A stretch of DNA of 64,000 nt. Origin: Patescibacteria group bacterium. Its GTDB lineage: Bacteria > Patescibacteriota > Minisyncoccia > Phycocordibacterales > UBA918. Numbering within the stretch: position 1 is the first letter of the stretch; each line of letters opens with the position of its first letter. Positions 39,201 through 48,952 of the stretch are shown here, piece by piece. The position numbers were made by a program, and so were the translations under genes. Below the pieces are notes generated by a model. That model made no database searches and was not told where the DNA came from. It worked only from the letters and a program-made list of their open reading frames with translations. The DNA lies in the NCBI GenBank assembly GCA_039188945.1, contig JBCCYW010000001.1, positions 43,003-107,002 of the forward strand, in the 5' to 3' direction.

Positions 39201-39632
39201 ATGGGTAAGAAACGAATAATTAAAAAAGGTGGAGGATCAGATGTTGCGGGGACTTCTCGCGCTCTGAACCGCATTCCAAAGAAAAAGTTAGCTGCAGGTG
39301 TACTTAATGTTATGGCGACTTTTAATAACACACTGGTTACACTATGTGACCAAAAAGGTAACGCGGTTATGAGTGCCTCTTCAGGAGCTCTTGGTTTTAA
39401 AGGATCACGAAAGAGCACGCCATTTGCAGCTGCAAAAGTTGGTGAGATTATTGGCGAAAAAGCACAACAGATGGGCATGAAAGAAGCTGAAGTAGTGGTG
39501 CGTGGTGTAGGGGCAGGACGCGAGTCAGCCCTACGAGCGTTTGCCGGTAAAGGTATTTCTATTAGCCGCATCACTGACATGACTCCAGTGCCATTTAATG
39601 GTCCACGAGCACCTAAAGCTCGTCGCGTATAG
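39201..39632 (+). CDS. rpsK: 30S ribosomal protein S11
   Basis: TFNNT, GFKGSRKSTPFAA, GRESA, TPVPFNG. Confidence 0.97.
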   Translation: MGKKRIIKKGGGSDVAGTSRALNRIPKKKLAAGVLNVMATFNNTLVTLCDQKGNAVMSASSGALGFKGSRKSTPFAAAKVGEIIGEKAQQMGMKEAEVVVRGVGAGRESALRAFAGKGISISRITDMTPVPFNGPRAPKARRV

Positions 39633-39641
39633 TTATTGCTT

Positions 39642-40250
39642 ATGAAAATCGGTCCTAAGTTTAAAATTGCCAAACGTCTCGGAGCACCAATCTTCGAGAA
39701 GACGCAGACCCAGAAATTTCAACTTTCTGAAGCCCGCGGTGGTCGTACGCGCCAGCGTCGTCCCGGTGCTATGAGTGATTACAAGCGCCAATTGCTTGAG
39801 AAGCAGAAAATGCGCTTCACCTACGGTATTTCTGAGAAGCAACTACGTCGCTATGTTGATGAAGCGGTTGCTAAAAGTCATCAGCCGATCTCACTTTTAA
39901 TGGAACGCCTCGAATCACGACTTGATAATGTAATTTACCGTATGGGCCTAGCCAAGACCCGACGTTTAGCGCGCCAGATCGTCTCACATGGTCATATCAT
40001 GGTAAATGGCAAGAAATTTACTATTCCTTCGCATCGAGTGAAGCCTGATGACGTTATTTCAATCCGCGAGGGTAGTCGCCAGACCGGACTCTTCCAAGAC
40101 CTAGGAGAAAAGCACGAAGCAGCTGCTGTACCGACCTGGGTTACATTTGATGTAAAGAAGCACGAAGGAACGATGAAATCAGCTCCGGTACACGATCCGT
40201 CCGAAACTCTGTTTGACCCAGCCCAAGTCCTTGAGTACTACAGTCGATAG
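39642..40250 (+). CDS. rpsD: 30S ribosomal protein S4
   Basis: QLLEKQK, LESRLDNVIYRMG, ARQIVSHGH. Confidence 0.97.
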   Translation: MKIGPKFKIAKRLGAPIFEKTQTQKFQLSEARGGRTRQRRPGAMSDYKRQLLEKQKMRFTYGISEKQLRRYVDEAVAKSHQPISLLMERLESRLDNVIYRMGLAKTRRLARQIVSHGHIMVNGKKFTIPSHRVKPDDVISIREGSRQTGLFQDLGEKHEAAAVPTWVTFDVKKHEGTMKSAPVHDPSETLFDPAQVLEYYSR

Positions 40251-40287
40251 GAAATTATTTATTCGCTTAGTCACTAACCACCTTGTT

Positions 40288-41253
40288 ATGTTAGAAACAA
40301 ATGTTACGTTGCCAAGTAAGCCTCGCGTTGTAAACGAAGAGGACTTTCGTGGTGTTTACGAGATCGACGGCCTGTACCCAGGCTATGGTCACACCCTTGG
40401 TAACTCACTACGCCGCATTATCCTCTCATCATTGCCGGGAGCTGCTGTTACGCAGGTAAAAATTGATGGTGTAGAACACGAGTTTTCTACCATGTCAGGC
40501 GTTAAAGAGGATGTAATCACCATCCTGCTTAACATCAAGCGAATCCGCATGGCACTTCATAGCGACGAACCAATGACCATTACGCTCAAGAAATCAGGTA
40601 ATGGCGTAGTAACTGCTGGCGATATTGAAGTACCATCACAAGTAGAAATTCTTAACCCAGAGCAGCCGATTGCTGAAATCACTACCAAGAGCACAACCCT
40701 AGAGATTGAGATGACGGTTGAGAAGGGTCTTGGTTATGTTGCTCGTGAAATTCACCAAAAAGACAAGGTAGAAATTGGTACCATCGCCCTTGATGCAGTG
40801 TTCACACCAATTCGTCGCGCTAACTACGAAGTAGAGAATATGCGTGTTGGTGACCGAACCGACTACAACCGACTACGGTTTATGGTCGAGACTGACGGAA
40901 CTCTTTCTCCGCGAGAAGCAATGGAGAACGCTATTGAAATCATGATTCACCAGCTTAAAGCGGTGATTGGTTTCCAGGAAGAGCAGCCAGAGGTTGAAGA
41001 AGCTCCAGAAGAAGCTGCAGAAGAAGCGGTTGAAGCTGAGGAAGTGGATCCTGATGTACTCAAGACTCGTATCGAAACCCTTGATCTTTCGCCACGAACC
41101 TTGCAGGCACTTGAGGAAGCGAGTATCCGCACCGTCGGAGGACTTGTCCGAAAGAAAAAAGATGATATTCTGTCGCTCGACGGATTGGGCCCTAAAGCAT
41201 TAGAGGAAATTGAAGTCCTTTTGAAGGATATGGGTGTAACCCTCAGTGAATAA
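40288..41253 (+). CDS. rpoA: RNA polymerase subunit alpha
   Basis: GYGHTLGNSLRRIILSSLPG, HEFST, DAVFTP, alpha-CTD. Confidence 0.97.
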   Translation: MLETNVTLPSKPRVVNEEDFRGVYEIDGLYPGYGHTLGNSLRRIILSSLPGAAVTQVKIDGVEHEFSTMSGVKEDVITILLNIKRIRMALHSDEPMTITLKKSGNGVVTAGDIEVPSQVEILNPEQPIAEITTKSTTLEIEMTVEKGLGYVAREIHQKDKVEIGTIALDAVFTPIRRANYEVENMRVGDRTDYNRLRFMVETDGTLSPREAMENAIEIMIHQLKAVIGFQEEQPEVEEAPEEAAEEAVEAEEVDPDVLKTRIETLDLSPRTLQALEEASIRTVGGLVRKKKDDILSLDGLGPKALEEIEVLLKDMGVTLSE

Positions 41254-41259
41254 CGATAT

Positions 41260-41613
41260 ATGCAACACGCAAAAGCCAACCGAACACTTGGACGAAAGCG
41301 CGATCAGCGAACTGCTCTTTTGCGTGGCTTAGCGGTTTCTCTTATTCGAGACGGAAAGATTAAAACTACTGAAGCGAAAGCAAAAGAATTGCGTCCATTT
41401 GTCGAGCGACTTGTAACATACGGTAAGAAAAATACCGTAGCGTCACGTCGACTCGCTTCAAGCACTCTTGGTGCACCGCAGCAGCAGACACTTACCAAGT
41501 TATTTGGTGAAATCGCAGAAAACTACAAAGAACGTTCTGGTGGCTACACTCGTATCATCAAGATGGGACGCACTCCAGCTGGTCGTGATGAAGCGGTAAT
41601 TGAATTTGTATAA
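41260..41613 (+). CDS. rplQ: 50S ribosomal protein L17
   Basis: IKTTEAKAKE, RSGGYTRIIK. Confidence 0.97.
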   Translation: MQHAKANRTLGRKRDQRTALLRGLAVSLIRDGKIKTTEAKAKELRPFVERLVTYGKKNTVASRRLASSTLGAPQQQTLTKLFGEIAENYKERSGGYTRIIKMGRTPAGRDEAVIEFV

Positions 41614-41618
41614 ATCAT

Positions 41619-41981
41619 ATGGCAACTGAAAGCACAACCCGTATTCATGAAATTGACGCTACTGGAAAGCGCCTTGGTATTGTGGCGACCGAAGCAGCGA
41701 CCGTTTTGATGGGGAAGGATCAACCAGACTTTGCACCTAATGTCGTAGCAGACGTGCAGGTAAAGATTTCAAATGCTAGCAAGCTTGATATCACTGAGAA
41801 GCGAGGGCAAGAGATCTACCAATCATACTCAGGTTACCCAGGAGGTCGCAGTACTGAAACCCTCGAACATTTGGCTGGTCGTCTTGGCTACCACGAAGCA
41901 GTCCGCCGCACTATCGCTGGCATGCTGCCGAAGAACAAGCTACAGAAGCCAATGCTTAAGAATTTAGAAATTACTGATTAA
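41619..41981 (+). CDS. rplM: 50S ribosomal protein L13
   Basis: IDA....LG, SGYPGG, GMLPKNKL. Confidence 0.93.
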   Translation: MATESTTRIHEIDATGKRLGIVATEAATVLMGKDQPDFAPNVVADVQVKISNASKLDITEKRGQEIYQSYSGYPGGRSTETLEHLAGRLGYHEAVRRTIAGMLPKNKLQKPMLKNLEITD

Positions 41982-41983
41982 TT

Positions 41984-42385
41984 ATGGCAACTACAAACTA
42001 CATCGAAGGAATTGGTCGCCGTAAGACAGCTACTGCGCGCGTACGACTTACTCCGGCTAAAGAAACAAAAATCACCGTTAACGATCGTCCATTTGAAGAG
42101 TACTTCCCACACGAATCACTCCGTCAGGTAGTGATGTCTGTACTCGGTACCGAAGAAGCAGGGATTGAACACTACGAAGTCTCAGTGCATATTTCAGGTA
42201 GCGGTATTGCAGCTCAAGCTGACGCTGTGCGACTCGGCATTGCACGAGCTCTTGTTAAGGAAAAAGCCGATCGTCGTACCACCCTCAAGAAAGCGGGTTA
42301 TCTCAAACGAGACCCGCGTTCTGTTGAACGAAAGAAGTTTGGTCTCAAGAAAGCCCGCAAACGCCCAGCTTGGTCGAAGCGTTAG
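41984..42385 (+). CDS. rpsI: 30S ribosomal protein S9
   Basis: GRRKTATARV, RDPR.VERKKFGLKKARK....SKR. Confidence 0.97.
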   Translation: MATTNYIEGIGRRKTATARVRLTPAKETKITVNDRPFEEYFPHESLRQVVMSVLGTEEAGIEHYEVSVHISGSGIAAQADAVRLGIARALVKEKADRRTTLKKAGYLKRDPRSVERKKFGLKKARKRPAWSKR

Positions 42386-42409
42386 AAAAAATCCGCCAGC
42401 GCGGCTTTT

Positions 42410-42545
42410 TTCACGCTTCGACAGCCGCAGCGATGTGAGTGGTGCAATACTAGCACCACGAACCGCGAGGCGGGCTCGCGAGCACTTAGTAGAATTACAT
42501 GAAGTGTAATTATACTTAGTGACTTGTGAGGTAAGCGATAAACCA
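42410..42545 (+). other. Multi-stem structured intergenic element
   Basis: GTGGTGC/GCACCAC; CTCGCGAG/CTTGTGAG enclosing CACT-AGTA/TACT-AGTG and AATTACA/TGTAATT; CGCTT/AAGCG closing. Confidence 0.55.
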
Positions 42546-42551
42546 CAACAC

Positions 42552-42582
42552 AAAAGCCTCCATTGTGGAGGTTTTTGTTTTT
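42552..42582 (+). terminator. Terminator after ribosomal cluster
   Basis: AAAAGCCTCC-ATTGT-GGAGGTTTTT. Confidence 0.75.
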
Positions 42583-42627
42583 CTCACTTGGTGGTAGTCT
42601 CAAAAACAGAGCCAGTTGGAGAAAACA

Positions 42628-42942
42628 ATGAAATATATAATTTTTGTCGCTTCTCTTTTTGCAGCATATTCACCTGCTTTAAGTGACGATAGGGTTCAGA
42701 AGAGTGTTGATGTCCATGGATATATTCACTTTGACATAAATGGTGAACCAGACGCTTGTTGCTCTTGTGTCAAAGCAAGTGAAGTTGAGACTGCCAGTAA
42801 AACCATGCGAGCCTTTAAGAGTTCTTTGGGTGTAAGTCATGTCGAACACAACCAAATTTATGACTCTCCAGATGGCAATACATGGTACTGTCCACCAGGA
42901 ATCAGCTCTCCGCCTTGCGCTTTGCTCCAAGCGGTAGGGTGA
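42628..42942 (+). CDS. Orphan secreted Cys-containing small protein
   Basis: Signal peptide MKYIIFVASLFAAYSPALS; GGAG SD; terminator 42951-42976. Confidence 0.6.
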   Translation: MKYIIFVASLFAAYSPALSDDRVQKSVDVHGYIHFDINGEPDACCSCVKASEVETASKTMRAFKSSLGVSHVEHNQIYDSPDGNTWYCPPGISSPPCALLQAVG

Positions 42943-42950
42943 GTAATGTT

Positions 42951-43023
42951 AGAAAGGCGCCTACGGGCGCCTTTTTCAGTTTCCAGACAAAGAGAAAGAC
43001 CGGGCAAGCCCGGTCTTTCTCTT
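42951..43023. terminator. Two tandem hairpins (terminator plus 34-nt near-perfect palindrome)
   Basis: AAAGGCGCC-TACG-GGCGCCTTTTT; AAGAGAAAGACCGGGC-AA-GCCCGGTCTTTCTCTT. Confidence 0.7.
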
Positions 43024-43187
43024 GGAGATGGCGACCCGGAGGTCTCCACCAGCCGTACCTTAAACGTAGAGCTTAAGGTTCAACTATTTTACTTAAAAAT
43101 TAAAAAGTGCGATCTAGACAAAACAATAATTAGTTATGTAGTTCAAAATATGTGAATGAATACTGAAAACAAAAGTCATTCTACATC

Positions 43188-43216
43188 TTTACATGAAAAC
43201 GATTGGCCGGTATAAT
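43188..43216 (+). promoter_or_regulatory. Sigma70 promoter of grpE-dnaK-dnaJ
   Basis: TTTACA-N17-TATAAT, 9 nt before ATG; no CIRCE seen. Confidence 0.75.
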
Positions 43217-43225
43217 GCGCTCGCT

Positions 43226-43822
43226 ATGGATGAACGAGATGAACATCAGGTACCAGAAGATATTGAAATTGAAACTGAATCAGTACCAGAAGAAGATATT
43301 AGCATCGAAGATGCTGAAGCAATGAGTAACGATAAACTCAAAGATCTGCGCACGAAGCTAAAGCAGTGTGAGGCAGAGAAGAGTGATCATCTAGAAGAAT
43401 TACAGCGTGCAAAAGCAGATTTCCTTAACGCTCGAAAACGATTAGACGAGGAACGAGTCGCTGATCGCACTAGAAACAAGATCGCTCACGTTGAAGAACT
43501 GTTACCGCTTTGTGACAGCTTCACCATGGCAATGGGAGATACAGCAGCCTGGGAAGAAGCTCCAGAGAAATGGCGGAAAGGGGTGGAGGGTATTCATGCT
43601 CAGCTACATAACCTACTCCAGCAGTACGGTGTGAAAGAAGTAGCCCCAACCGGAGAGCAGTTTGATCCACAACATCACGAAGCAATGGGTAGCGAAGCGG
43701 TTGAGGACAGCAAACTTGTAGATACGGTCGTCAAAGTAATTCAGCCGGGCTACACCATGATTGTTGACGGTACAGAACGACAGATACGACCGGCTCGCGT
43801 CATTGTTGGAGTATCAGCATAG
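43226..43822 (+). CDS. grpE: Nucleotide exchange factor GrpE
   Basis: RAKADFLNARKR, FDPQHHEA, Q.GY......IRPARVIV. Confidence 0.95.
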   Translation: MDERDEHQVPEDIEIETESVPEEDISIEDAEAMSNDKLKDLRTKLKQCEAEKSDHLEELQRAKADFLNARKRLDEERVADRTRNKIAHVEELLPLCDSFTMAMGDTAAWEEAPEKWRKGVEGIHAQLHNLLQQYGVKEVAPTGEQFDPQHHEAMGSEAVEDSKLVDTVVKVIQPGYTMIVDGTERQIRPARVIVGVSA

Positions 43823-43864
43823 AAAGAGAAACTTTTTTGTAAACTAATCGTATTAGAACATACT

Positions 43865-45784
43865 ATGGCAAAGATAATTGGAATTGACTTGGGAACCACA
43901 AACTCTGCAGTTGCAGTAGTTGAAGGTGGCGAACCAACCGTCATTGAGAATAGCGAGGGTAATCGAACCACCCCTTCAGTGGTAGCGATTTCAAAGACCG
44001 GCGAACGGCTCGTTGGTCAAATCGCTAAGCGACAAGCGGTCACGAACCCAGAAAATACTATTTATGGCATCAAGCGCTTCATGGGGCACGACTATGAAGA
44101 CGAAGCAGTGCAGAGCGATAAGAAAATTGTCCCGTATGAAGTAAAGAAAGGAGACGACAATGGTGTCATCGTCCATATGGGTGAGAAGGATTATCGACCG
44201 GAAGAAGTCTCTGCCATGATCCTTTCAAAGCTCAAGGCAGATGCAGAAGCAAAGCTAGGCGAGAAAGTAACCGAGGCAGTTATTACCGTGCCAGCGTACT
44301 TTGATGACACCCAACGAAAAGCTACTCAAGATGCTGGTAAGATTGCTGGTCTCGATGTAAAGCGAATCATTAACGAACCAACTGCTGCTGCGCTGGCTTA
44401 TGGTTTTAATAAAAAGAACGAAGAGAAAATTGTTGTCTATGACTTTGGTGGCGGAACGTTTGACGTTACCGTACTTGAGGTGGGTGACGATGTGGTTGAG
44501 GTTCGATCAACCGATGGTGATGCTCACATGGGTGGGCGCGACATTGACCAAGGAATTGTGAAGTTCTTGATTGATGAATTTAAGAGCAACGAAGGCATAG
44601 ATCTTGGACAAGACAAGCTCGCGCTCCAGCGTCTAGACGAAGCGGCTGAGAAAGCCAAGCTGGAGCTCTCTTCAACTGCCGAAACTGAGATTAATATTCC
44701 GTTTATCTCTTCAGATGCTGCCGGGCCGAAACACATGCTGGTGAAGCTCTCTCGCACCAAACTAGAAGAACTCGCAGCTGAGTATATTGATCGTTCAGTT
44801 GAGATCACGAAGCGTGCGCTTGAAGCTTCTGGTTTCCAGAAAGGGGATATCAACGAAATTATTATGGTTGGTGGGCAGACTCGTATGCCAGCAGTAGTAA
44901 ACGCTGTAAAAGAACTCTTTGGCAAAGAACCAAACAAAACCATCAATCCAGACGAAGTGGTGGCAATGGGCGCAGCCATTCAAGCTGGTATTTTCCAGGG
45001 TGACGTACAAGACATTACACTCGTAGACGTCATCCCACTATCGCTTTCAATTGAAACCATGGGTGGTGTAGCAACCAAATTGATTGAGAAGAACACACAC
45101 ATTCCGACCAGTAAGTCGCAAATTTTCTCAACCGCTGCTGACAACCAAACTTCTACAGAAATTCACATCACACAGGGAGAACGTCCGATGTCTAACGACA
45201 ACAAGTCACTCGGGAAGTTTGTACTCGATGGTATTCCGCCAGCTCCACGTGGCGTACCGCAAGTTGAAGTAACCTTTGACGTTGACTCTAATGGTGTCTT
45301 GAACGTAACCGCTAAGGATAAGGCTACCAACAAGGAACAATCTATCCGTATTGAAGCAACCTCTGGTCTCACTGAAGAAGATATTGAGCGCATGAAGCAA
45401 GAAGCTGAAGAGCACGCTGGTGAGGACGAAAAGAAGAAAGAACTCATCGACGCTCGTAATCTAGCTGAACAAGCTGTCTACACAGCTGAGAAGGCTCTTA
45501 AAGATCACGGTGAGCAAGTGCCAGCTGAGGTAAAGACTGACATTGAGGATAAGGTTAAAGCAGTAAATGAAGTAAAGGATAAAGACGACAAAACTGCTAT
45601 TGAAGAGACCACCGCACAACTTACTGAGGCTATGCAGAAAATCGGTGAGATCATGCAGCAAGCAGCTGCAGCTGCTGAGCAAGGCAGTGAGGCTGGAGAA
45701 GAAAAAGCTTCAGAATCAGACGAGCCAATGCGTGATGCTGAAGTGACTGAAGAAGAGAAGCAAGACGAAGATAAAAAGAAGTAA
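43865..45784 (+). CDS. dnaK: Chaperone DnaK
   Basis: [32 protein letters not shown]. Confidence 0.98.
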   Translation: MAKIIGIDLGTTNSAVAVVEGGEPTVIENSEGNRTTPSVVAISKTGERLVGQIAKRQAVTNPENTIYGIKRFMGHDYEDEAVQSDKKIVPYEVKKGDDNGVIVHMGEKDYRPEEVSAMILSKLKADAEAKLGEKVTEAVITVPAYFDDTQRKATQDAGKIAGLDVKRIINEPTAAALAYGFNKKNEEKIVVYDFGGGTFDVTVLEVGDDVVEVRSTDGDAHMGGRDIDQGIVKFLIDEFKSNEGIDLGQDKLALQRLDEAAEKAKLELSSTAETEINIPFISSDAAGPKHMLVKLSRTKLEELAAEYIDRSVEITKRALEASGFQKGDINEIIMVGGQTRMPAVVNAVKELFGKEPNKTINPDEVVAMGAAIQAGIFQGDVQDITLVDVIPLSLSIETMGGVATKLIEKNTHIPTSKSQIFSTAADNQTSTEIHITQGERPMSNDNKSLGKFVLDGIPPAPRGVPQVEVTFDVDSNGVLNVTAKDKATNKEQSIRIEATSGLTEEDIERMKQEAEEHAGEDEKKKELIDARNLAEQAVYTAEKALKDHGEQVPAEVKTDIEDKVKAVNEVKDKDDKTAIEETTAQLTEAMQKIGEIMQQAAAAAEQGSEAGEEKASESDEPMRDAEVTEEEKQDEDKKK

Positions 45785-45794
45785 TCCGAAATAA

Positions 45795-45894
45795 GTGTAT
45801 TTTGATCAAATCTCGACTCGCACACTCCTTGTGCGCCCCAGCCAAACCCTCCCGCACATAGTCGTTACTCGCTGAGATTTGACACAAAACACAC
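45795..45894 (-). repeat. Dispersed structured element, copy 2 (G-rich strand on -)
   Basis: Core matches 19264-19313; closed by a different stem GTGTATTTTG-A-TCAAATCTC/GAGATTTGA-CA-CAAAACACAC. Confidence 0.8.
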
Positions 45895-45911
45895 ATTAGC
45901 AACCTGAACAC

Positions 45912-46982
45912 ATGAAAGACTACTATAAAATTCTTGGACTAGAACGAGGCGCTAGTCGCGACGAAGTGAAAAAGGCTTTTCGAAAGTTGTCTTCGCAGTA
46001 CCATCCAGACAAGAAAACCGGCGATGAGGCTAAGTTCAAAGAAATCACAGAAGCGTACGCTGTCCTTGGTGACGAGAAGAAGAAGGCTGAGTACGATACC
46101 TACGGACACGCCTTTAACCAAGCTGGTGGGGGAGCCGGTGGCTTTGGCGGCTTCAACTGGGCTGACTTTCAACAAGGCGGTGGCTTTCAAGGCAATGGTC
46201 AATCCTTTGAATTTGATCTTAACGACATCTTTGAAGGGTTTGGTTTTGGTGGACAACGTACCCAGCGCGGCCGCGACATTTCAATCGATATTGAACTACA
46301 GTTTCAGGATGCTGTTTTTGGTATCGAGCGTAAAGTACTCCTAACTAAAAATAATACCTGTACCTACTGTAATGGTACTGGTGCCAAAGAGGGAACCGAG
46401 ATGATCACCTGTACTACCTGCGGAGGAAACGGCAAGATCCGCGAAACTCGTCAAAGTGTTATGGGTAGTTTCTCAACGGTACGAGAGTGTAATGTCTGTC
46501 ATGGTCGCGGGAAGGTGCCAAAAGAAAAATGTCCGCATTGTGCTGGAACTGGTGTTCGGCGTAGTGAAGAAGAAATCGCTATCAAAATCCCGAGCGGTAT
46601 CCAGGACGGGGAAGTGATTCGGATGACAGGCCGAGGCGAAGCAATTCCTAATGGCGAGCCAGGCGATCTCTATGTAAAAATTCATGTTAAAGCACATGAG
46701 AAAATTCGCCGCGAGGGCACGACACTTTCTGTCGAACTGCCAGTCAAACTCACTGACGCACTTCTGGGAGCAAAATACAACGTAGAGACTCTAGACGGCA
46801 ACGTAGAAATTACTGTTCCTGCTGGTGTGCGACACAACGAACTGTTACGAATCAAAGATAAGGGTGTACCAATTGATAATCGTCGGGGCGATTTCATGGT
46901 TCGCATCAAAATCGAAACTCCACAAAAGTTATCCCGAAAGGCCCGAAAAATTGTTGAAGAATTACGAGAAGAGGGAATATAA
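45912..46982 (+). CDS. dnaJ: Chaperone DnaJ
   Basis: HPD J-domain, G/F region, four CxxCxGxG repeats. Confidence 0.97.
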   Translation: MKDYYKILGLERGASRDEVKKAFRKLSSQYHPDKKTGDEAKFKEITEAYAVLGDEKKKAEYDTYGHAFNQAGGGAGGFGGFNWADFQQGGGFQGNGQSFEFDLNDIFEGFGFGGQRTQRGRDISIDIELQFQDAVFGIERKVLLTKNNTCTYCNGTGAKEGTEMITCTTCGGNGKIRETRQSVMGSFSTVRECNVCHGRGKVPKEKCPHCAGTGVRRSEEEIAIKIPSGIQDGEVIRMTGRGEAIPNGEPGDLYVKIHVKAHEKIRREGTTLSVELPVKLTDALLGAKYNVETLDGNVEITVPAGVRHNELLRIKDKGVPIDNRRGDFMVRIKIETPQKLSRKARKIVEELREEGI

Positions 46983-47018
46983 TAAAAAGTGAGGGTATAC
47001 CCTCACTTTTTATTATAT
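46977..47018. terminator. 42-bp perfect palindrome / bidirectional terminator
   Basis: ATATAATAAAAAGTGAGGGTA|TACCCTCACTTTTTATTATAT. Confidence 0.75.
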
Positions 47019-47496
47019 GGACCTCGGCTTCTTTACCACAGTGCTTAGCGAATCGATGTATTTGATTCTCGTCTTTTTGTTCTTTTTTTTCTATGCCACC
47101 TTTAAAGGTCGTCAGGCACTGATCGACCTTATTTTTGGTTTGTACTTAGCTCTACTGATCTCAATTGAATTTCCGTACTACGAAGCAATCTTTGGCGGGG
47201 GAGCAGGTAGTGAGTCACTTATTCGTCTGGTGCTATTTGCCGTGTTCACCATTCTCGCCACGCTCTTGTTTCACCGCATCATGCCTGATGAGTTTGAGGA
47301 GAAGAAACTGGAAAGTTTAGGCAAGAAAATCCTTCTTGCTGCCTCTGCCACCATTTTGGTAATGATCTTTAGTTTCCATGTTCTTCCAGTAACAGAATTT
47401 ATCACCCCCGGATCACCGCTCAACACTTTGTTTGGTAACGCCGAATACTTCTTCTGGTGGCTCATTGCACCGCTCGTGCTACTGTATTTGGTGTGA
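47017..47496 (+). CDS. Hypothetical membrane protein (possibly CvpA-like)
   Basis: About 5 TM segments. Confidence 0.65.
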   Translation: MDLGFFTTVLSESMYLILVFLFFFFYATFKGRQALIDLIFGLYLALLISIEFPYYEAIFGGGAGSESLIRLVLFAVFTILATLLFHRIMPDEFEEKKLESLGKKILLAASATILVMIFSFHVLPVTEFITPGSPLNTLFGNAEYFFWWLIAPLVLLYLV

Positions 47497-48167
47497 TTGA
47501 GATTTTTGACATAGGCACCATAGCTGGCCTGGTTCTGTTTGCTGGATATGTTATCTATATCTGGCTCGATGTCGTATATGACATGATTGACCCCAATCCG
47601 ACCACCTGGTTCATGTTTGCCTATGGCACTTTAATACTTACCGTTTTAGAGTGGGACGGAGAGGCGACACTAAGCTTATTGATACTACCAACCCTCTGCT
47701 CGCTGGGTGGTGTAATTGTCGCCCTGCGGCTTTGGTACAAAGCTTTTAAAAAAGATCCTACGCAATGGTGGCCAGCTGATTGGTGGCCGGAGGACCCATG
47801 GGAAAGGTGGTCGTTTATTGGAGATATTGTGATCACCGTAGCGTATATCGGAGTCTGGATTTTTGCTTACTCTGCACTGGTAGATGAAGCTTCTCGCGAA
47901 TGGTGGGTCTTGGTATTTCTATTTCTTTCTAACCTCTCGACCTTCCCGCAATTTTATCCGCTTATTAGCACAACTTGGAAAGACCCAGAAACAGAGCATT
48001 GGCTACCTTGGACTGTCTGGACCATTTCCTACGCACTGCTCATTGTTGCCACCCTCGACGCAACTAACGGAGTTTGGTGGCATGCACTCATGTTCTATCC
48101 TGCGTCGAATGTTTTGATGCATGGGATCGTCGCGCTCATTGCTCTGCGAAGAAACCCACAGTACTAA
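47493..48167 (+). CDS. Hypothetical multi-TM, Trp-rich membrane protein
   Basis: GTG overlapping upstream stop; PNPTTW and P.....TWKDPETE repeats (PQ-loop-like). Confidence 0.65.
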   Translation: MIEIFDIGTIAGLVLFAGYVIYIWLDVVYDMIDPNPTTWFMFAYGTLILTVLEWDGEATLSLLILPTLCSLGGVIVALRLWYKAFKKDPTQWWPADWWPEDPWERWSFIGDIVITVAYIGVWIFAYSALVDEASREWWVLVFLFLSNLSTFPQFYPLISTTWKDPETEHWLPWTVWTISYALLIVATLDATNGVWWHALMFYPASNVLMHGIVALIALRRNPQY

Positions 48168-48219
48168 CTATCAACAACATCGCTAACGAAAAACATATTC
48201 TCGTATATAGTTAGGTTTC

Positions 48220-48705
48220 ATGAGACGTTTTAAAGTCACCAAAAGCACTATCGATGGAAATGGTCTTTTCTCTACTGAATCAATCAAAAAAGATAGTTTT
48301 GTAGCCTATATTCACGGTCCGATCCATGTCTTCAGAACCTTTACTCCAGAGATATCCGAGAAGATGTTGGACTGGATTGGAGTTGGTCGCTTTAGTTGGA
48401 TTGATACGACGAATTCACCATTTCGATACATCAACCATTCTTGTGAACCAAACGTAGCCCAAATCTCAAAACGTAAAGTGATAGCAATAAAAGATATTTC
48501 TGAAGGTGAGGAGCTTACCATGGACTACTCGCTTACCGAAGCTGAACCAGGGTGGGGATTTCCCTGTAACTGCAAAACGAAAACGTGCAGGAAGAATATT
48601 GGACCAATATTTGATTTGCCTATAGCCCACGTAAGAAAAATGAAGCCCTATATACCAAAACCATTTTTAAAAATATACGAAATTGAAACTGGCCACAAAA
48701 TATAA
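48220..48705 (+). CDS. SET-domain methyltransferase with post-SET motif
   Basis: G.GLF, RYINHSCEPN, EELTMDY, CNCKTKTCR. Confidence 0.9.
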   Translation: MRRFKVTKSTIDGNGLFSTESIKKDSFVAYIHGPIHVFRTFTPEISEKMLDWIGVGRFSWIDTTNSPFRYINHSCEPNVAQISKRKVIAIKDISEGEELTMDYSLTEAEPGWGFPCNCKTKTCRKNIGPIFDLPIAHVRKMKPYIPKPFLKIYEIETGHKI

Positions 48706-48768
48706 CTTTATACACACAATTTACAAGCACAGATTATTTCTACTCGTTCAGTCGCTATACTTAAGTAA

Positions 48769-48951
48769 ATGAACAAAGCACATCACATATCGTTAGCCAT
48801 TAGATCTGTAACGGTTCTTTTAATTTTCTTTTCGATTGTGACAACGTACTACGTTATGGTAATTCAGCGTGATTATGTCATTGAAGTTAACGAAGACGGT
48901 GGTCCAGATACGTCAGATTATTTTGAAGAATTAGGCGTGTTAGAAGCATAG
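48769..48951 (+). CDS. Small membrane protein
   Basis: Single TM; -10 TATACT 7 nt upstream; coupled to kinase gene. Confidence 0.55.
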   Translation: MNKAHHISLAIRSVTVLLIFFSIVTTYYVMVIQRDYVIEVNEDGGPDTSDYFEELGVLEA

Positions 48952-48952
48952 T

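Noticed and set aside
43024-43225. CIRCE element or hrcA upstream of grpE
   Set aside because: No TTAGCACTC-N9-GAGTGCTAA and no hrcA ORF visible
48708-48716. Single DnaA box TTATACACA as origin evidence
   Set aside because: Isolated match, expected by chance in 64 kb
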